Positions 21,701 through 34,295 of a DNA stretch of 64,000 nucleotides are shown in pieces (the stretch's first letter is position 1; each line of letters opens with the position of its first letter). The notes beneath the pieces are model-generated. The model was given only the letters and a program-made list of their open reading frames with translations. It was not told where the DNA came from and ran no database searches. The position numbers were made by a program, and so were the translations under genes. Source of the DNA: Amphiscolops sp. MND2022 (lineage: Eukaryota); assembly GCA_964187785.1 (NCBI GenBank), contig OZ076409.1, positions 51,400,001 through 51,464,000 on the forward strand, written 5' to 3'.

Positions 21701-24700
21701 ATTCATTGAGATTATGCACACTCAGTGCCCTACGGGCCCTACGGGTGCTGGAGCGCGTTGATAGGCACTTTTAGAAGTTTACACTTTGTACGCAGTGAGT
21801 CTCAAAACAGAACAACAAAGGCTATAATGACTACCACAGTTGAAAAAGAACGCTTTGTCTGATCGTGCTACGATCGTAAGGCAAGAAAGCACTTCAAACT
21901 CAGTGTGTCGCGTCCTACTCACCCCCAAGGTCTACCCCTAGTACCTAATCACATTTTTGTTTTTACTTGTGCTCTCCAGAAACACGCTCGATTCATGCCT
22001 AAGGTGAACCTCGGTACTCGGTACCATAGTTGCGTGAACCATATCGATGTGAAAACACAGGACAAGAGATTGGCCCGGGTAGTACCAGTACTCTCCCGAG
22101 AGGAATCAACACCAAGCATGATAAAACACCTGGAGCTTCGAAGCTCTGAGAACTCCTTGGCCAGCGGCTGTGCTTTTAAAACTCCAATGATTGCTCTGGA
22201 ACGCATTTTTATTGCCAAAGACTGTTTTCATTGTATTATTGATCTACCATACCTGATTTTTAACTTCCGTTGGTCCTAGTCTATCATCGCTACCGACAAA
22301 ATCATCCTCTTGAGAAGCAGTTCATTTCCATATTTTACATATACATTGGTGCCTATACTACCTACACAATACCTTTATCTGAGCGTACACTGCCAACTCC
22401 ATAGATTGAATGGGTCCTCACTGTTGGTGCTATTTTTGATTTATGGGATCTTTTTCTCCATTGGTGCTATTTTTTGTGCAGTTTCTGTTGGCCATGAACT
22501 ATGACACTTTTGCAAGACCACAGCCATTACTTTTACTCTTCGCTTTTCAAGTGCTATCGTGCATTTTGTACAACCTAACCTATCAGGTAGGACCGAGGTT
22601 GATGCCAATCTTGTTGTGATGTGTGCTTTTTATACAGATGCAGTAAAATTAAGTGCTAGAAATTATGGGTGCGAAATTAAAAGTCTGAAAACGTTTTGAA
22701 AATAATGCTGTGTGTCTAAAGTTGCTAATGCTATTCCAGTGCTACAACCCATTGTTGGTGAGGAATCTGAGGAAGCCTGCTAGGCTAGCTGCAAAAACTC
22801 ATCTTTTTGGGCAATGACTTTTTGGGCAATGACATTCTGGGCAACGACTTCCATATAGATTCCTGAAGATGTTGCAACAGTATCACTGGATGATGGCAAC
22901 CAAGACGTGAACATCCACTCTCGTTTGTCTAGGACGACAAACTACGGCCCGAGGAGGATGTAACGTCCAGCAAAAGACGTCACAAAAATTCGATGAAATG
23001 TGCGATAGCAAAATTTCTACATCAATATGGCCGACCTGACAGGTACTTGAAAATGAAAAGGATGATGGATAATAGTGCAAAGACACCCCCACCCAGCCCG
23101 AGAGAGAACACACCGCCATAGAAGTATCCCCAATTTGCCGTGTTGTGCCATCTCCCTCTGAAGACGTCCCAGCTGTCAGCAGAACCCGAAGAATGGCTCA
23201 AGAGATGAAGAAACTCAGAAGTTTGCATATTTTGCATGTGCCACCTAGTAGGTCCAAGACCAAGGCTCGCTGACACTGACGCCTGATGTTTCGTCAGCCT
23301 GTTGTACCATATTTGTGATTTTTGTAGATGTTTGGCGATGTTTTACCCCTTATTTCACCCAGTTTAGACGTTATTCACTAATTAAATGTACTTTGGCTAA
23401 ACCCCTGTTTTTGACCTCGGAGGTATGTAGGAACACGCAGGAGCATTAAGAATTGTTTTTACAGGCTTGTGGGACGTGTCCGGACTTTGAGAGCGCCGGC
23501 ACGTTGCCTCGGAGCTCTAATAGAGGAGACTCCTTAGACAATTGGAAAAGTCCCTTTTAGGAGACCATTTTGGGATTAAGAACTAATGCCTACGGCTGTA
23601 GTAACACAACGGTCTCCTGTCTAAGCACCCTAGGCATTGTCCCACTTCTATGATGTACTCTGCTAGGTGGCTGACGCTACATCTAGAATAGTTTTTATGG
23701 CGCCCCCTTTTTCCATCTTTTCGTCATAATAGGAGTTTTTCCTGCTTTCCGGCCCTGTTACGTACGGATCTAGGAAAATTTGTTGGAGAGTCCTAGATTG
23801 TTTTTATTGCCTTAGTCAAGCCTGGTAGGTTTTCTACGAACTGAATTCCTGCGTATCCTGCGTATTTCCGGGGTCTGAGATGAAAAATAACCGTTTAATT
23901 ACAAAGTACCATTTCGACACCGTTTCTCTGTACCGAGATTAACCATCCGGCCTAATCGGATTTTGTTTTAAAGGGTTTTGTAGCCTCATTTCAGCTTAGT
24001 TGTAATGTACGGGAACTGCAGGGACGTGGTGTGAGCGCCTCCACTAGCTGTGACGACGGAGCGACGTCCTTCACGTCAACACCCCCTTAACCCCCTGGTG
24101 AACAACTGCAAGTCGACTGGGTTACAACCTCCCTCTTTGTTTTTGTGGCTTTAAAAGCCTATTCCCAGGCGTACCCTCAATAGTAAGAACTGCGAAAAAT
24201 ACCCACTGGGTATTCCGATCGTTTTCTGAAAAAACATAGCGAGTTATCTGTAACACCTGATATAGCTCGATTCTTGATACAGTTACTTTCAAAAGTCAAA
24301 ATTTTTCAGAAGAAGGTACGGCCAGTGGGAATACAATAAAAACGTTCTATCAGACCTGCCAGGTCAGAAACAGAAAAATTTGCTGGGCTAAATTGCTGAA
24401 ACGTTGAAAAATTTAGCAATTTTTGTTTAAAATACATCAATTTTTCCTAAAAGACCAAAATTGGTGAGGGCGAAGCCTTGGGCGTGTGTTCCCAAGCTTT
24501 AAGACCGGCCCAAAAACAATGTACCTGAGCTTGGTAGTACAAAACACTACTGCCAAGACGTTTTTCATACCCTTCCCCAATATAAATTGATAGTTTAACC
24601 CTTGACTTTCTTTTGTTATACATAGACCTGAGTAGAGGACCCCATAGACCTGAGAGTTATAACCGTCAAAAGTATAAATTGAAACAATCCCAGCCCCCTG

Positions 24701-27700
24701 AACAAAGTTGTTACACCTTGACATGTCACTGTTAGAATTATCCCGAACATCTGGGAACCGAGAAATAAAAAGTTCTTAGGGAAAATACGTGTTTTTCATA
24801 ATTGTTCCCAGAGCGTAAAAAGTGTAACTTGAAAAATTTTTGAGAGACCTTATTTGGAACCTGCCAGGTTTTGCTTGCCTATTTTCTGTTAGTATAGAGT
24901 ATGAAATTGCAAACGCAGAAAACCGCGAGTTATTCCAACCAGTGGTTGCCGAGAAATAGCCAGAAACGCGCAATTTCAATGACAATATCGGGACATTGGA
25001 GTAGTGTTCCTGAGACAGGTCGAAATCTGTCCTGGTAGGAGTAGCCAAAAACGAATTACACCATCGTGTAGACCGCAAAAAGTTACGTTAGTGGTGTACT
25101 TTTCGTAGTGCTACAACTACTAGTGATTGAGAAATCTTAGCCGCAGTTTTGCTCAAAATTTGTACGAAATTGTCAAAAAAATCAAGTTTTATTTGAGCAT
25201 ATTGCTATACCTTGGATGTACCCCAGCACTAAAATTCTTGCTTTTTTGTACGTACGGCACTAGATCCTGACAATTTGTGCATTTTGAGCAGCTTGCTACT
25301 GTCCAATTTGGAGAAATTGACAATTTTGTGAATTTTGACCCCAAAAAATGACACATAGGGTACGTCATTGTTTTGTCAACTCGGATTGCAGAATATTAAC
25401 CTGGGCACCCCGCTAATTTGTTTTTCTGTTACATGGGTATAATTCACGCTCGCATACAAGATTTCAGGTGGCTGGGACGCCTAGAAGGCGAGTTTGACCA
25501 ACTTTTGTGAATTTCACGACATAGTCAAATTTTCTGTGAACATTGTTAAATGACCGTAACACCCACAGAGTCAACTTCTACTCAATCGGCAGTAATGTTC
25601 CAACGATTTGGCCACAGCAGTTTACAGTGTTACATTTTCAGGTCGCTACTAGCTCTAGAAGTGATTTTCACCTTTCCCAGGCGTGCATATTGGCGAAAAA
25701 ATTGTCGATTTTGAGAAATTTTGCGAAAAATTGTACAGTTCTTGGAAGTGTAGTTGTAAGTGAGGGCTCCAACGACCCTAGTCCTACACCAGGCACCTAT
25801 AACACGTCCTATTAAAGCACTTTGAATAGAGCTAGATCAACCCTAAGATCTTGGGTTCGTCGAAAAACTGTCTACGAGACGTAGTAGCGAAAAACACAAA
25901 AACCTTGTTTCTCCCTTCAACAGCTATCAAAGTCATTTGAGTGCAATCTATTCATTGAGATTATGCACACTCAGTGCCCTACGGGCCCTACGGGTGCTGG
26001 AGCGCGTTGATAGGCACTTTTAGAAGTTTACACTTTGTACGCAGTGAGTCTCAAAACAGAACAACAAAGGCTATAATGACTACCACAGTTGAAAAAGAAC
26101 GCTTTTTCTGATCGTGCTACGATCGTAAGGCAAGAAAGCACTTCAAACTCAGTGTGTCGCGTCCTACTCACCCCCAAGGTCTACCCCTAGTACCTAATCA
26201 CATTTTTGTTTTTACTTGTGCTCTCCAGAAACACGCTCGATTCATGCCTAAGGTGAACCTCGGTACTCGGTACCATAGTTGCGTGAACCATATCGATGTG
26301 AAAACACAGGACAAGAGATTGGCCCGGGTAGTACCAGTACTCTCCCGAGAGGAATCAACACCAAGCATGATAAAACACCTGGAGCTTCGAAGCTCTGAGA
26401 ACTCCTTGGCCAGCGGCTGTGCTTTTAAAACTCCAATGATTGCTCTGGAACGCATTTTTATTGCCAAAGACTGTTTTCATTGTATTATTGATTTACCATA
26501 CCTGATTTTTAACTTCCGTTGGTCCTAGTCTATCATCGCTACCGACAAAATCATCCTCTTGAGAAGCAGTTCATTTCCATATTTTACATATACATTGGTG
26601 CCTATACTACCTACACAATACCTTTATCTGAGCGTACACTGCCAACTCCATAGATTGAATGGGTCCTCACTTTTGGTGCTATTTTTGATTTATGGGATCT
26701 TTTTCTCCATTGGTGCTATTTTTTGTGCAGTTTCTGTTGGCCATGAACTACGACACTTTTGCAAGACCACAGCCATTCCTTTTACTCTTCGCTTTTCAAG
26801 TGCTATCGTGCATTTTGTACAACCTAACCTATCAGGTAGGACCGAGGTTGATGCCAATCTTGTTGTGATGTGTGCTTTTTGTACAGATGCAGTAAAATTA
26901 AGTGCTAGAAATTATGGGTGCGAAATTAAAAGTCTGAAAACATTTTGAAAATAATGCTGTGTGTCTAAAGTTGCTAATGCTATTCCAGTGCTACAACCCA
27001 TTGTTGGTGAGGAATCTGAGGAAGCCTGCTAGGCTAGCTGCAAAAACTCATCTTTTTGGGCAATGACTTTCTGGGCAATGACATTCTGGGCAACGACTTC
27101 CATATAGATTCCTGAAGATGTTGCAACAGTATCACTGGATGATGGCAACCAAGACGTGAACATCCACTCTCGTTTGTCTAGGACGACAAACTACGGCCCG
27201 AGGAGGATGTAACGTCCAGCAAAAGACGTCACAAAAATTCGATGAAATGTGCGATAGCAAAATTTCTACATCAATATGGCCGACCTGACAGGTACTTGAA
27301 AATGAAAAGGATGATGGATAATAGTGCAAAGACACCCCCACCCAGCCCGAGAGAGAACACACCGCCATAGAAGTATCCCCAATTTGCCGTGTTGTGCCAT
27401 CTCCCTCTGAAGACGTCCCAGCTGTCAGCAGAACCCGAAGAATGGCTCAAGAGATGAAGAAACTCAGAAGTTTGCATATTTTGCATGTGCCACCTAGTAG
27501 GTCCAAGACCAAGGCTCGCTGACACTGACGCCTGTTGTTTCGTCAGCCTGTTGTACCATATTTGTGATTTTTGTAGATGTTTGGCGATGTTTTACCCCTT
27601 ATTTCACCCAGTTTAGACGTTATTCACTAATTAAATGTACTTTGGCTAAACCCCTGTTTTTGACCTCGGAGGTATGTAGGAACACGCAGGAGCATTAAGA

Positions 27701-29094
27701 ATTGTTTTTACAGGCTTGTGGGACGTGTCCGGACTTTGAGAGCGCCGGCACGTTGCCTCGGAGCTCTAATAGAGGAGACTCCTTAGACAATTGGAAAAGT
27801 CCTTTTTAGGAGACCATTTTGGGATTAAGAACTAATGCCTACGGCTGTAGTAACACAACGGTCTCCTGTCTAAGCACCCTAGGCATTGTCCCACTTCTAT
27901 GATGTATTCTGCTAGGTGGCTGACGTTACATCTAGAATAGTTTTTATGGCGCCCCTTTTTTCCATCTTTTCGTCATAATAGGAGTTTTTCCTGCTTTCCG
28001 GCCCTGTTACGTACGGATCTAGGAAAAATTGTTGGAGAGTCCTAGTTTGTTTTTATTGCCTTAGTCAAGCCTGGTAGGTTTTTCTACGAACTGAATTCCT
28101 GCGTTTCCTGCGCATTTCCGGGGTCTGAGATGAAAAATAACCGTTTAATTACAAAGTACCGTTTTGACACCGTTTCTTTGTACCGAGATTAACCATCCGG
28201 CCTAACCGGATTTTGTTTTAAAGGGTTTTGTAGCCTCATTTCAGCTTAGTTGTAATGTACGGGAACTGCAGGGACGTGGTGTGAGCGCCTCCACTAGCTG
28301 TGACGACGGAGCGACGTCCTTCACGTCAACACCCCCTTAACCCCCTGGTGAACAACTGCAAGTCGACTGGGTTACAACCTCCCTTTTTGTTTGTGTGGCT
28401 TTAAAAGCCTATTCCCAGGCGTACACTCAATAGTAAGAACTGCGAAAAATACCCACTGGGTTTTCCGATCGTTTTCTGAAAAAAACATAGCGAGTTATCT
28501 ATAACACATGATATAGCTCGATTCTTGATACAGTTACTTTCAAAAGTCAAAATTTTTCAGAAGAGGGTACGGCCAGTGGGAATACGATAAAAACGTCCTA
28601 TCAGACCTGCCAGGTCAGGAACAGAAAAAATTGCTGGGCTAAATTGCTGAAACATTGAGAAATTTAGCGATTTTTGTTTAAAAAACATCAATTTTTCCTA
28701 AAAGACCAAAATTGGTGAGGGCGAAGCCTTGGGCGTGTGTTCCCAAGCTTTTAGACCGGCCCAAAAACGTTGTACCCGAGCTTGGTAGTACAAAACACTA
28801 CTGCCAAGACGTTTTTTATACCCTTCCCCAATATAAATTGATAGTTTAACCCTTGTTTTTCTTTTGTTATACATAGACCTGAGTAGAGGACCCCATAGAC
28901 CTGAGAGTTATAACCATCAAAATTATAAATTGAAACAACCCCAGCCCCCTGAACAAAGTTATTACACCTTGACATGTCACTGTTAGAACTATCCCGAAGA
29001 TCTGGGAACCGAGAAATAAAAAGTTCTTAGGGAAAATACGTGTTTTTCATAATTGTTCCCAGGGTGTAAAAGGTGCTAGGTGGCTGACGTTACA
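18709..29094 (+). mobile_element. Tandem array of a non-coding LTR retroelement (LARD/TRIM-like): LTR-int-LTR-int-LTR-partial int-LTR tip, period ~4249 bp
   Basis: LTRs at 18709-19432, 22959-23681 and 27208-27930 with TGTAACGTC...GACG(C/T)TACA ends. Purine run GAGGAGGA precedes LTR2 and LTR3. TGGCGCCC lies 16 nt after each LTR. AGT is duplicated at the outer flanks. No gag/pol ORF. Confidence 0.85.
22807..22850 (+). repeat. Three ~15-bp tandem repeats (tgggcaatgac) upstream of the PPT; also at ~27055-27100
   Basis: tttttgggcaatgac tttttgggcaatgac attctgggcaacgac. Confidence 0.8.
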
Positions 29095-30079
29095 AGTTTA
29101 TATGCAGCTTGATAAAATTAAATCGAATCAGTGAAGATTTAATGCATGGACATTTCTTTGAAAATTTCATAAAATCATGGAAAATTAGCTGGGTAACCTA
29201 CACAAACATGTAAAAAGTTCAAGCAGTTCCAACCAGGGTAAGAAAACTCATCACAGAAAGGTCTCCGATGATCTGATAGGGAGTTCTTGCATAATAGCAT
29301 GTAAGGTTGCACAATGGTCATTTAAAGAGCGTGTTCCCACGGCCTTCTCCTTGACAAGTCATATTTTGGAAAAATCGTCCATTATCAATATATACAGAAA
29401 TTTACATCATGTATTCTTCATTGGGAGAGAGCGTTTTTAGAGTACAATTTGGAAAAATCCACAAGTTCAGAAGCGATTGGCATGTCCTAATAAATGTGGG
29501 TAATTACGTTAAACACCAGATTTTCAACATTTTCGCATTGTATTTGTTATATCAAACAGCGGTTCTAAAATAGTTCAATTTCAAGCAATACAAAGTGTTG
29601 ACAGCGACGAGAAGTACGTGGGAAAGAAGGACGTTAATCAATCCTGAAGGCGACCGAAAATCATAAAATAACCTGCCCATACCAAAATGTGAACAATAAC
29701 GAAGTAATTTTTAGTGAAAAATTCCTATACAAATCGAATATGTAAATAACAAACAAAAGATGGAAATATTAACCCAAAGAACCGGCGTAACACAATTACT
29801 CGGTATGGAATGGATGATAATTTTCAAAAAACCGTCGAAAGATTAAAGCTGGCCAAGAACAGCCAATCAGAATCAGATATAGAGTTAAATATAATTCCCT
29901 ACTTGTTTGAAAATATCAGAACAATAAAACACATTGGAACGAATAAACAACTCCAATTGGATCAAAATCCGGTAAAACAGAAAGCAAGATCAAAACCACC
30001 ACACCTACTACAGGAAGAGGTGTGAAGACAAACTGAAAAGCTAATCGAACAATATTTGAATAGAAACTCGATTACTGTA

Positions 30080-30835
30080 CAGTAGCGTTCTAAAATATCG
30101 CAACTCCAATGCTTAAAATTGGAAACTTCAAGTCCAAATTTCTTGAAAACTGTCACAAATACGAAAAAGTGTCAGCTAGGAAAGTTTCTTAGATATTTAT
30201 CTAGTTTACAAAAATGTTTGTTTGAAATTTCTGCGACAAAAATTACAAAAGTTAGAAATTGGAAATTTTGACAAAATTTAAACAAATTTGTACTTTTTCT
30301 GGATTTTGACAAAGTTGAAAATAAATTTTTGAAAAATTTTCAGTCACTCATTTGCCCCCAAATCTCCTGAGGATGCTGATATAATTTGATCGGAAAACTT
30401 TTTCGATTTCAAATAAAAATCATCAATTTTCTAAATACAATTCTTATAGCCTATCTTAATACATGTACTTCAGTGCTCATAGACACAAAGTATAGTGTAT
30501 TTTTCTGATTCGAAAAAAATTCTCGATCAAAACAATTCGGTAGGTTCGGGAGATTATAGGAAGTTTCCCAATGAAAAAAATCCAAAAAAATTTATTCTAA
30601 GTTACTCAATTTTCGAAAAAACTCAAATTTCAATTAAAATTTAGTAAAATTTGCAATTTCTAACTTTTTTGGTAACGGTCGTAGAAATTTCAAACAAACA
30701 TTTTCGTAAACTAGATAAAATTCTAAGAAACTTTCCTAGTTGGCAAAATTTTTTCTTCGTGACTGTTTATGAGATATTTGGTTCTGAATTTTGCCATTTT
30801 ATGCTATGAGGTTGCGATATTTTAGAACGCTACTT
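30080..30835. mobile_element. Tc1/mariner-type MITE, ~756 bp, long imperfect TIRs
   Basis: ta|cagtagcgttctaaaatatcgcaac ... gttgcgatattttagaacgctactt|ta. Inverted similarity continues ~200 bp inward. Confidence 0.8.
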
Positions 30836-31295
30836 TAAAGCGGGCTGTGTAGAAGATATCACAGTAAGAGCACGTGCAAGCAACCAAGGAGTCAAAAAGG
30901 GATCATTCCTTGTACTAGCCAAATGAGAAAATGCCGGGTACAGAGCGAATAATAGAAAGTCAAAACTTTTCATGACCCGAACAAAACGAGAATAGACGTT
31001 GGAACAAAACGATGGAACACGAAAAAGACGAGAATAGAACACATCCGAACAACGAAAATGTTGCAGAAAAAAAAACAGAACAGAAACCAAGGGAATCGCA
31101 AAGGACCTGAAATTAAATCCATTTTTGTGGCCCTACAAAATATAATATGGAATTTGTTTTGTTGAACCCTCGGGAAAGACTGACAGATTCCAAAAAAGTC
31201 TGAGAAAAGACAAGCTTGGGAACGGAAAAGGGCCAAACAAGAGCCTTCAACAAAATCAAACAAATGGTAACGAGAAAACCCTGTCTAGAACGGTA

Positions 31296-31512
31296 CCCAT
31301 GTTGAGCACTCGCGAATTTGTACAAGCCCAAAAATGCAATACTTTGTTTCCCAGAAACTCCGGAAAAAATTTCCTGGAAAATCGTTGAAAATCTGTAGAG
31401 ATCCTTGCAGATCTGCAGTTGTCCTTACGTAGCAGTGGCACGATCTTTGCAGATCCCCAAGGAAAATTGGCTCACAGATCTGTATAGATTCTCAAGGAAC
31501 GCTCAACATGGG
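31296..31512. mobile_element. 217-bp MITE with CCCATGTTGAGC TIRs and TA target duplication
   Basis: ta|cccatgttgagc ... gctcaacatggg|ta. Confidence 0.85.
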
Positions 31513-33096
31513 TACGCTAGCAGAACAAAGACAACATAGTAACTTCAAATGCCAATAAAAACAGACAATGTATTACACTTTAGCATAAACAAGACAACAA
31601 GCACTAGAAATCGAATGCATTTGAAAGCAGATGTTCAAATGATACCGCAAAAAAGTGGTTAGTCAGTGAGTTGGAATTACTAGCCGTTGTATGGAGATTG
31701 GAAAAAATCCCACTTATTTTACCTCTACGGAATGAAAATATACATTACGGCTAAATACGAGAAAGTATGTTTTAACTCAATAATGAAACAAGACGAACTC
31801 CACGCGAAATACGAAATACAATTCGCCGACCAGTCGAGACTGCAGGAAAAGTGAAACCGAAGCAAATATCATTCCTTCATAATAAAGCACTGAGAGAAAT
31901 GTAGACCAAACACTATCGAATAAAGCATTCCGGGCAAGTTGGCTCGAACAAAATTCCAGTCAACGGAACAGAAACATCTAGGCGGTCAAAACTTAGGAAC
32001 GTAGAGTCAAGTCGACAGTGAAATCGGTCTATTTTTGAAAGAGTAAAACTGGAAATTTGGAGGAACTTTTGGAGGAACTCAAATTTTCTCGAAAAATTAA
32101 GGACGACAATGAATCAAGGAACAGAAGTCCGCAGACGCGCTATCTAGGCAAGGCATAGTAAGGCGCTGGTACAATCCGCAGGCACACTGGACTATATTCG
32201 CACCTTCTCGATTGAGAAAAAGGAGTTGATATGTTGCAGAAATCATCCACAAACTATTATAGCGTGAAATATCACTCAGGGCGGTTACCGACTATCAGAC
32301 GAAGAAAAAGCTGAATTGCGGAAGAAAATCGTGAATCCCGAGCCGGTCGAAGGGGAAAATATAATTTGGGGATGCGAGAGTCCATTCGCCAATCGTTGGT
32401 CGCCAGCAAAAAGGGAAGAATACAAACCTTATTCGAAGAGCTGTCCATACAGTGGGGTCTGGTCTCTGTATATGACCAGATCGTATTTGCCTTTTACCCC
32501 AAAAAACTATTTTTAGACATCCTGCTTTACGGTCAAGCCAAAGAATGCACAACATGACCAGCATCAAGTACAGAAAACTTGTAAACGAAAACATAAAAAC
32601 TCAACCGAACCCGGACATGAAACACACTAGCTTTTGCCGGAAAACTTCTTGGAAAAAAAGTCAACGAGGAAGTCCGAAAATTTGTCGCACAAGACCGGTT
32701 TAGCATTGGTCCGACTGTGAAATTTTGTAAAACGTCGTAAATCATAGAAGTAACAAACTGTCAACGAGCAACTTCAACTTTTCCGGAAAACTCGAACGAA
32801 AAAGGTCAAACAAAGTGGTTGTTTGTTTCGAACAGAAGTCTGCAAATGTCAAAATATGGAAATTGAACATTGCCCACCCAGAATGGACAACAGAAATTTA
32901 ATTGTAGAAAAAGCAATACAAATATTGACACATTTATTTGTTACCAAATTTGGAACATAAATGACGTAATCAAAAGAGTAAACCGAGCGCTCCGCGTATT
33001 GCAGTTTTCACAAACCATCTTTCTGGGCCGTGATTCGGGAGGTGAGATAAGCAATCAAATGGAAATGGAAGTACATGGCTGGAAGGAGTAGGTCCC

Positions 33097-33698
33097 AACA
33101 AGACGGGAACGTCTAAAGTCGGCGCTATATCTAAGGCTCAAAAAGCTCAGTTTTCTAAATATGTATTCATGAAAAGCTTTGAAAACACTTTCGAGACACC
33201 CAAAGTGTGCCTTTCATGCTCGATATGACTGGAAAATCACTTTTCTTGACTGGAAACAAAAAAATTTTTGATTTTTTTTTTGAAAAAAAGTTTTGAAAAA
33301 AACTTTGAAAACGTCGCATAGTGCCGAAAAATGAAAAGGGGGGACCCTTTGGGATTCATTAACATATTTTCTGTTGCAAAATATCAAAAAATCCGAAGGG
33401 GGGACTCTTTTGAAAAATTGAAAATTTTCGAAAAAAAAAATTCGCACTGTGCCGAAAAAAAATTGAAAGGGGGGACCCTTTGGAGTCTTCCGGTTTTGTA
33501 GGTTACGTAAAAAAGGTAAAAAACGAAAGGGGGACCCTTTGCAGTAAGTTTGCATTGGTGGAACTTGGCCTGAGTGAACTTATCAGTTTCTGTAAAAAGT
33601 GGTACATACGCGATGAGCTCTGTGGTCTGACGAAAAAAAAAACTAGCCACTGTAATAGTCGGGCTTTTTTCCTTAAAGGAAAATGCGCCGACTAAAAA
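33097..33698 (+). mobile_element. Non-autonomous Helentron/DINE-1-like repeat
   Basis: 5' aacaagac..aagtcggcgctatatctaaggctcaaaa, internal aagggggacccttt repeats, 3' hairpin tagtcgggc..ttcc ttaa agga..gcgccgacta followed by an A-run. Several relatives in the window. Confidence 0.55.
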
Positions 33699-34295
33699 CC
33701 AGCGAAGAATAGAAATAAATTTAGAAACTTGTTGAGTTTTTTTAGATAAAACACTACCAAAAATCATTCGGAGCGAAATTTCAATAGAGTATACAAATCG
33801 CATTTAGTGGAATCAGAAATGCCATGAAAACGGACGCGAGAAAAATTATAAACCGATGATTCATTTCTGGTCCATTTTTTCTGACTGGAAAAAACTGAAT
33901 ACAAACGGCAGCAGCAGTAAGCGTTGATATAACACCAAAAAATCGGCACTCTCTGCGGGGATCAGACAGCAAACACAGCAGATTGGACGAGATACTCCTA
34001 GCCATCCTAAAACTTAAGATCGTACAGAAACGCTTGAAACGCTTGAAAAGGCACGCTTGAAACGTAGACTGAGGATGAAAACGAAAGAAAAATGCCGGCG
34101 AAGACCGGAGACTGTACATAAGATACATGTACATGAGATGGAAAATAGGTATCTCTCCGGACGGATACGGAAAATTTGGCGACCCAACAAGGCCATCACG
34201 CCGGAAAATCGTCGGTCCAATGATTAAGCCCCGAAGAGAGAAAGGGAAAAATCGTACGGTCTACTCTGATGACCCTACCGGTCTATCTAAAGAAC

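Larger units (their letters stand above)
18301..29238. mobile_element. ~550-bp MITE (CCCTRGT...ACCAGGG termini, TA flanks) split at 18708/29095 by the LTR-element array
   Basis: ta|ccctagtcgagattgcttgaag ... ttcaagcagttccaaccaggg|ta. The two halves rejoin to match the uninterrupted relative at ~40740-41285. Confidence 0.75.
29700..32290 (+). pseudogene. Highly degenerate Gypsy pol fragments interrupted by MITEs
   Basis: KQKARSKPPHLLQEEV (pre-RT linker) and ELELLAVVW (RNase H, ~31665-31700). Many stops and frameshifts. Confidence 0.6.

Noticed and set aside
20188..22504. Short ORFs inside the tandem LTR array as genes
   Set aside because: No recognisable motifs. They recur only because of the repeat, and some differ by stops between copies (22310 vs 26559).
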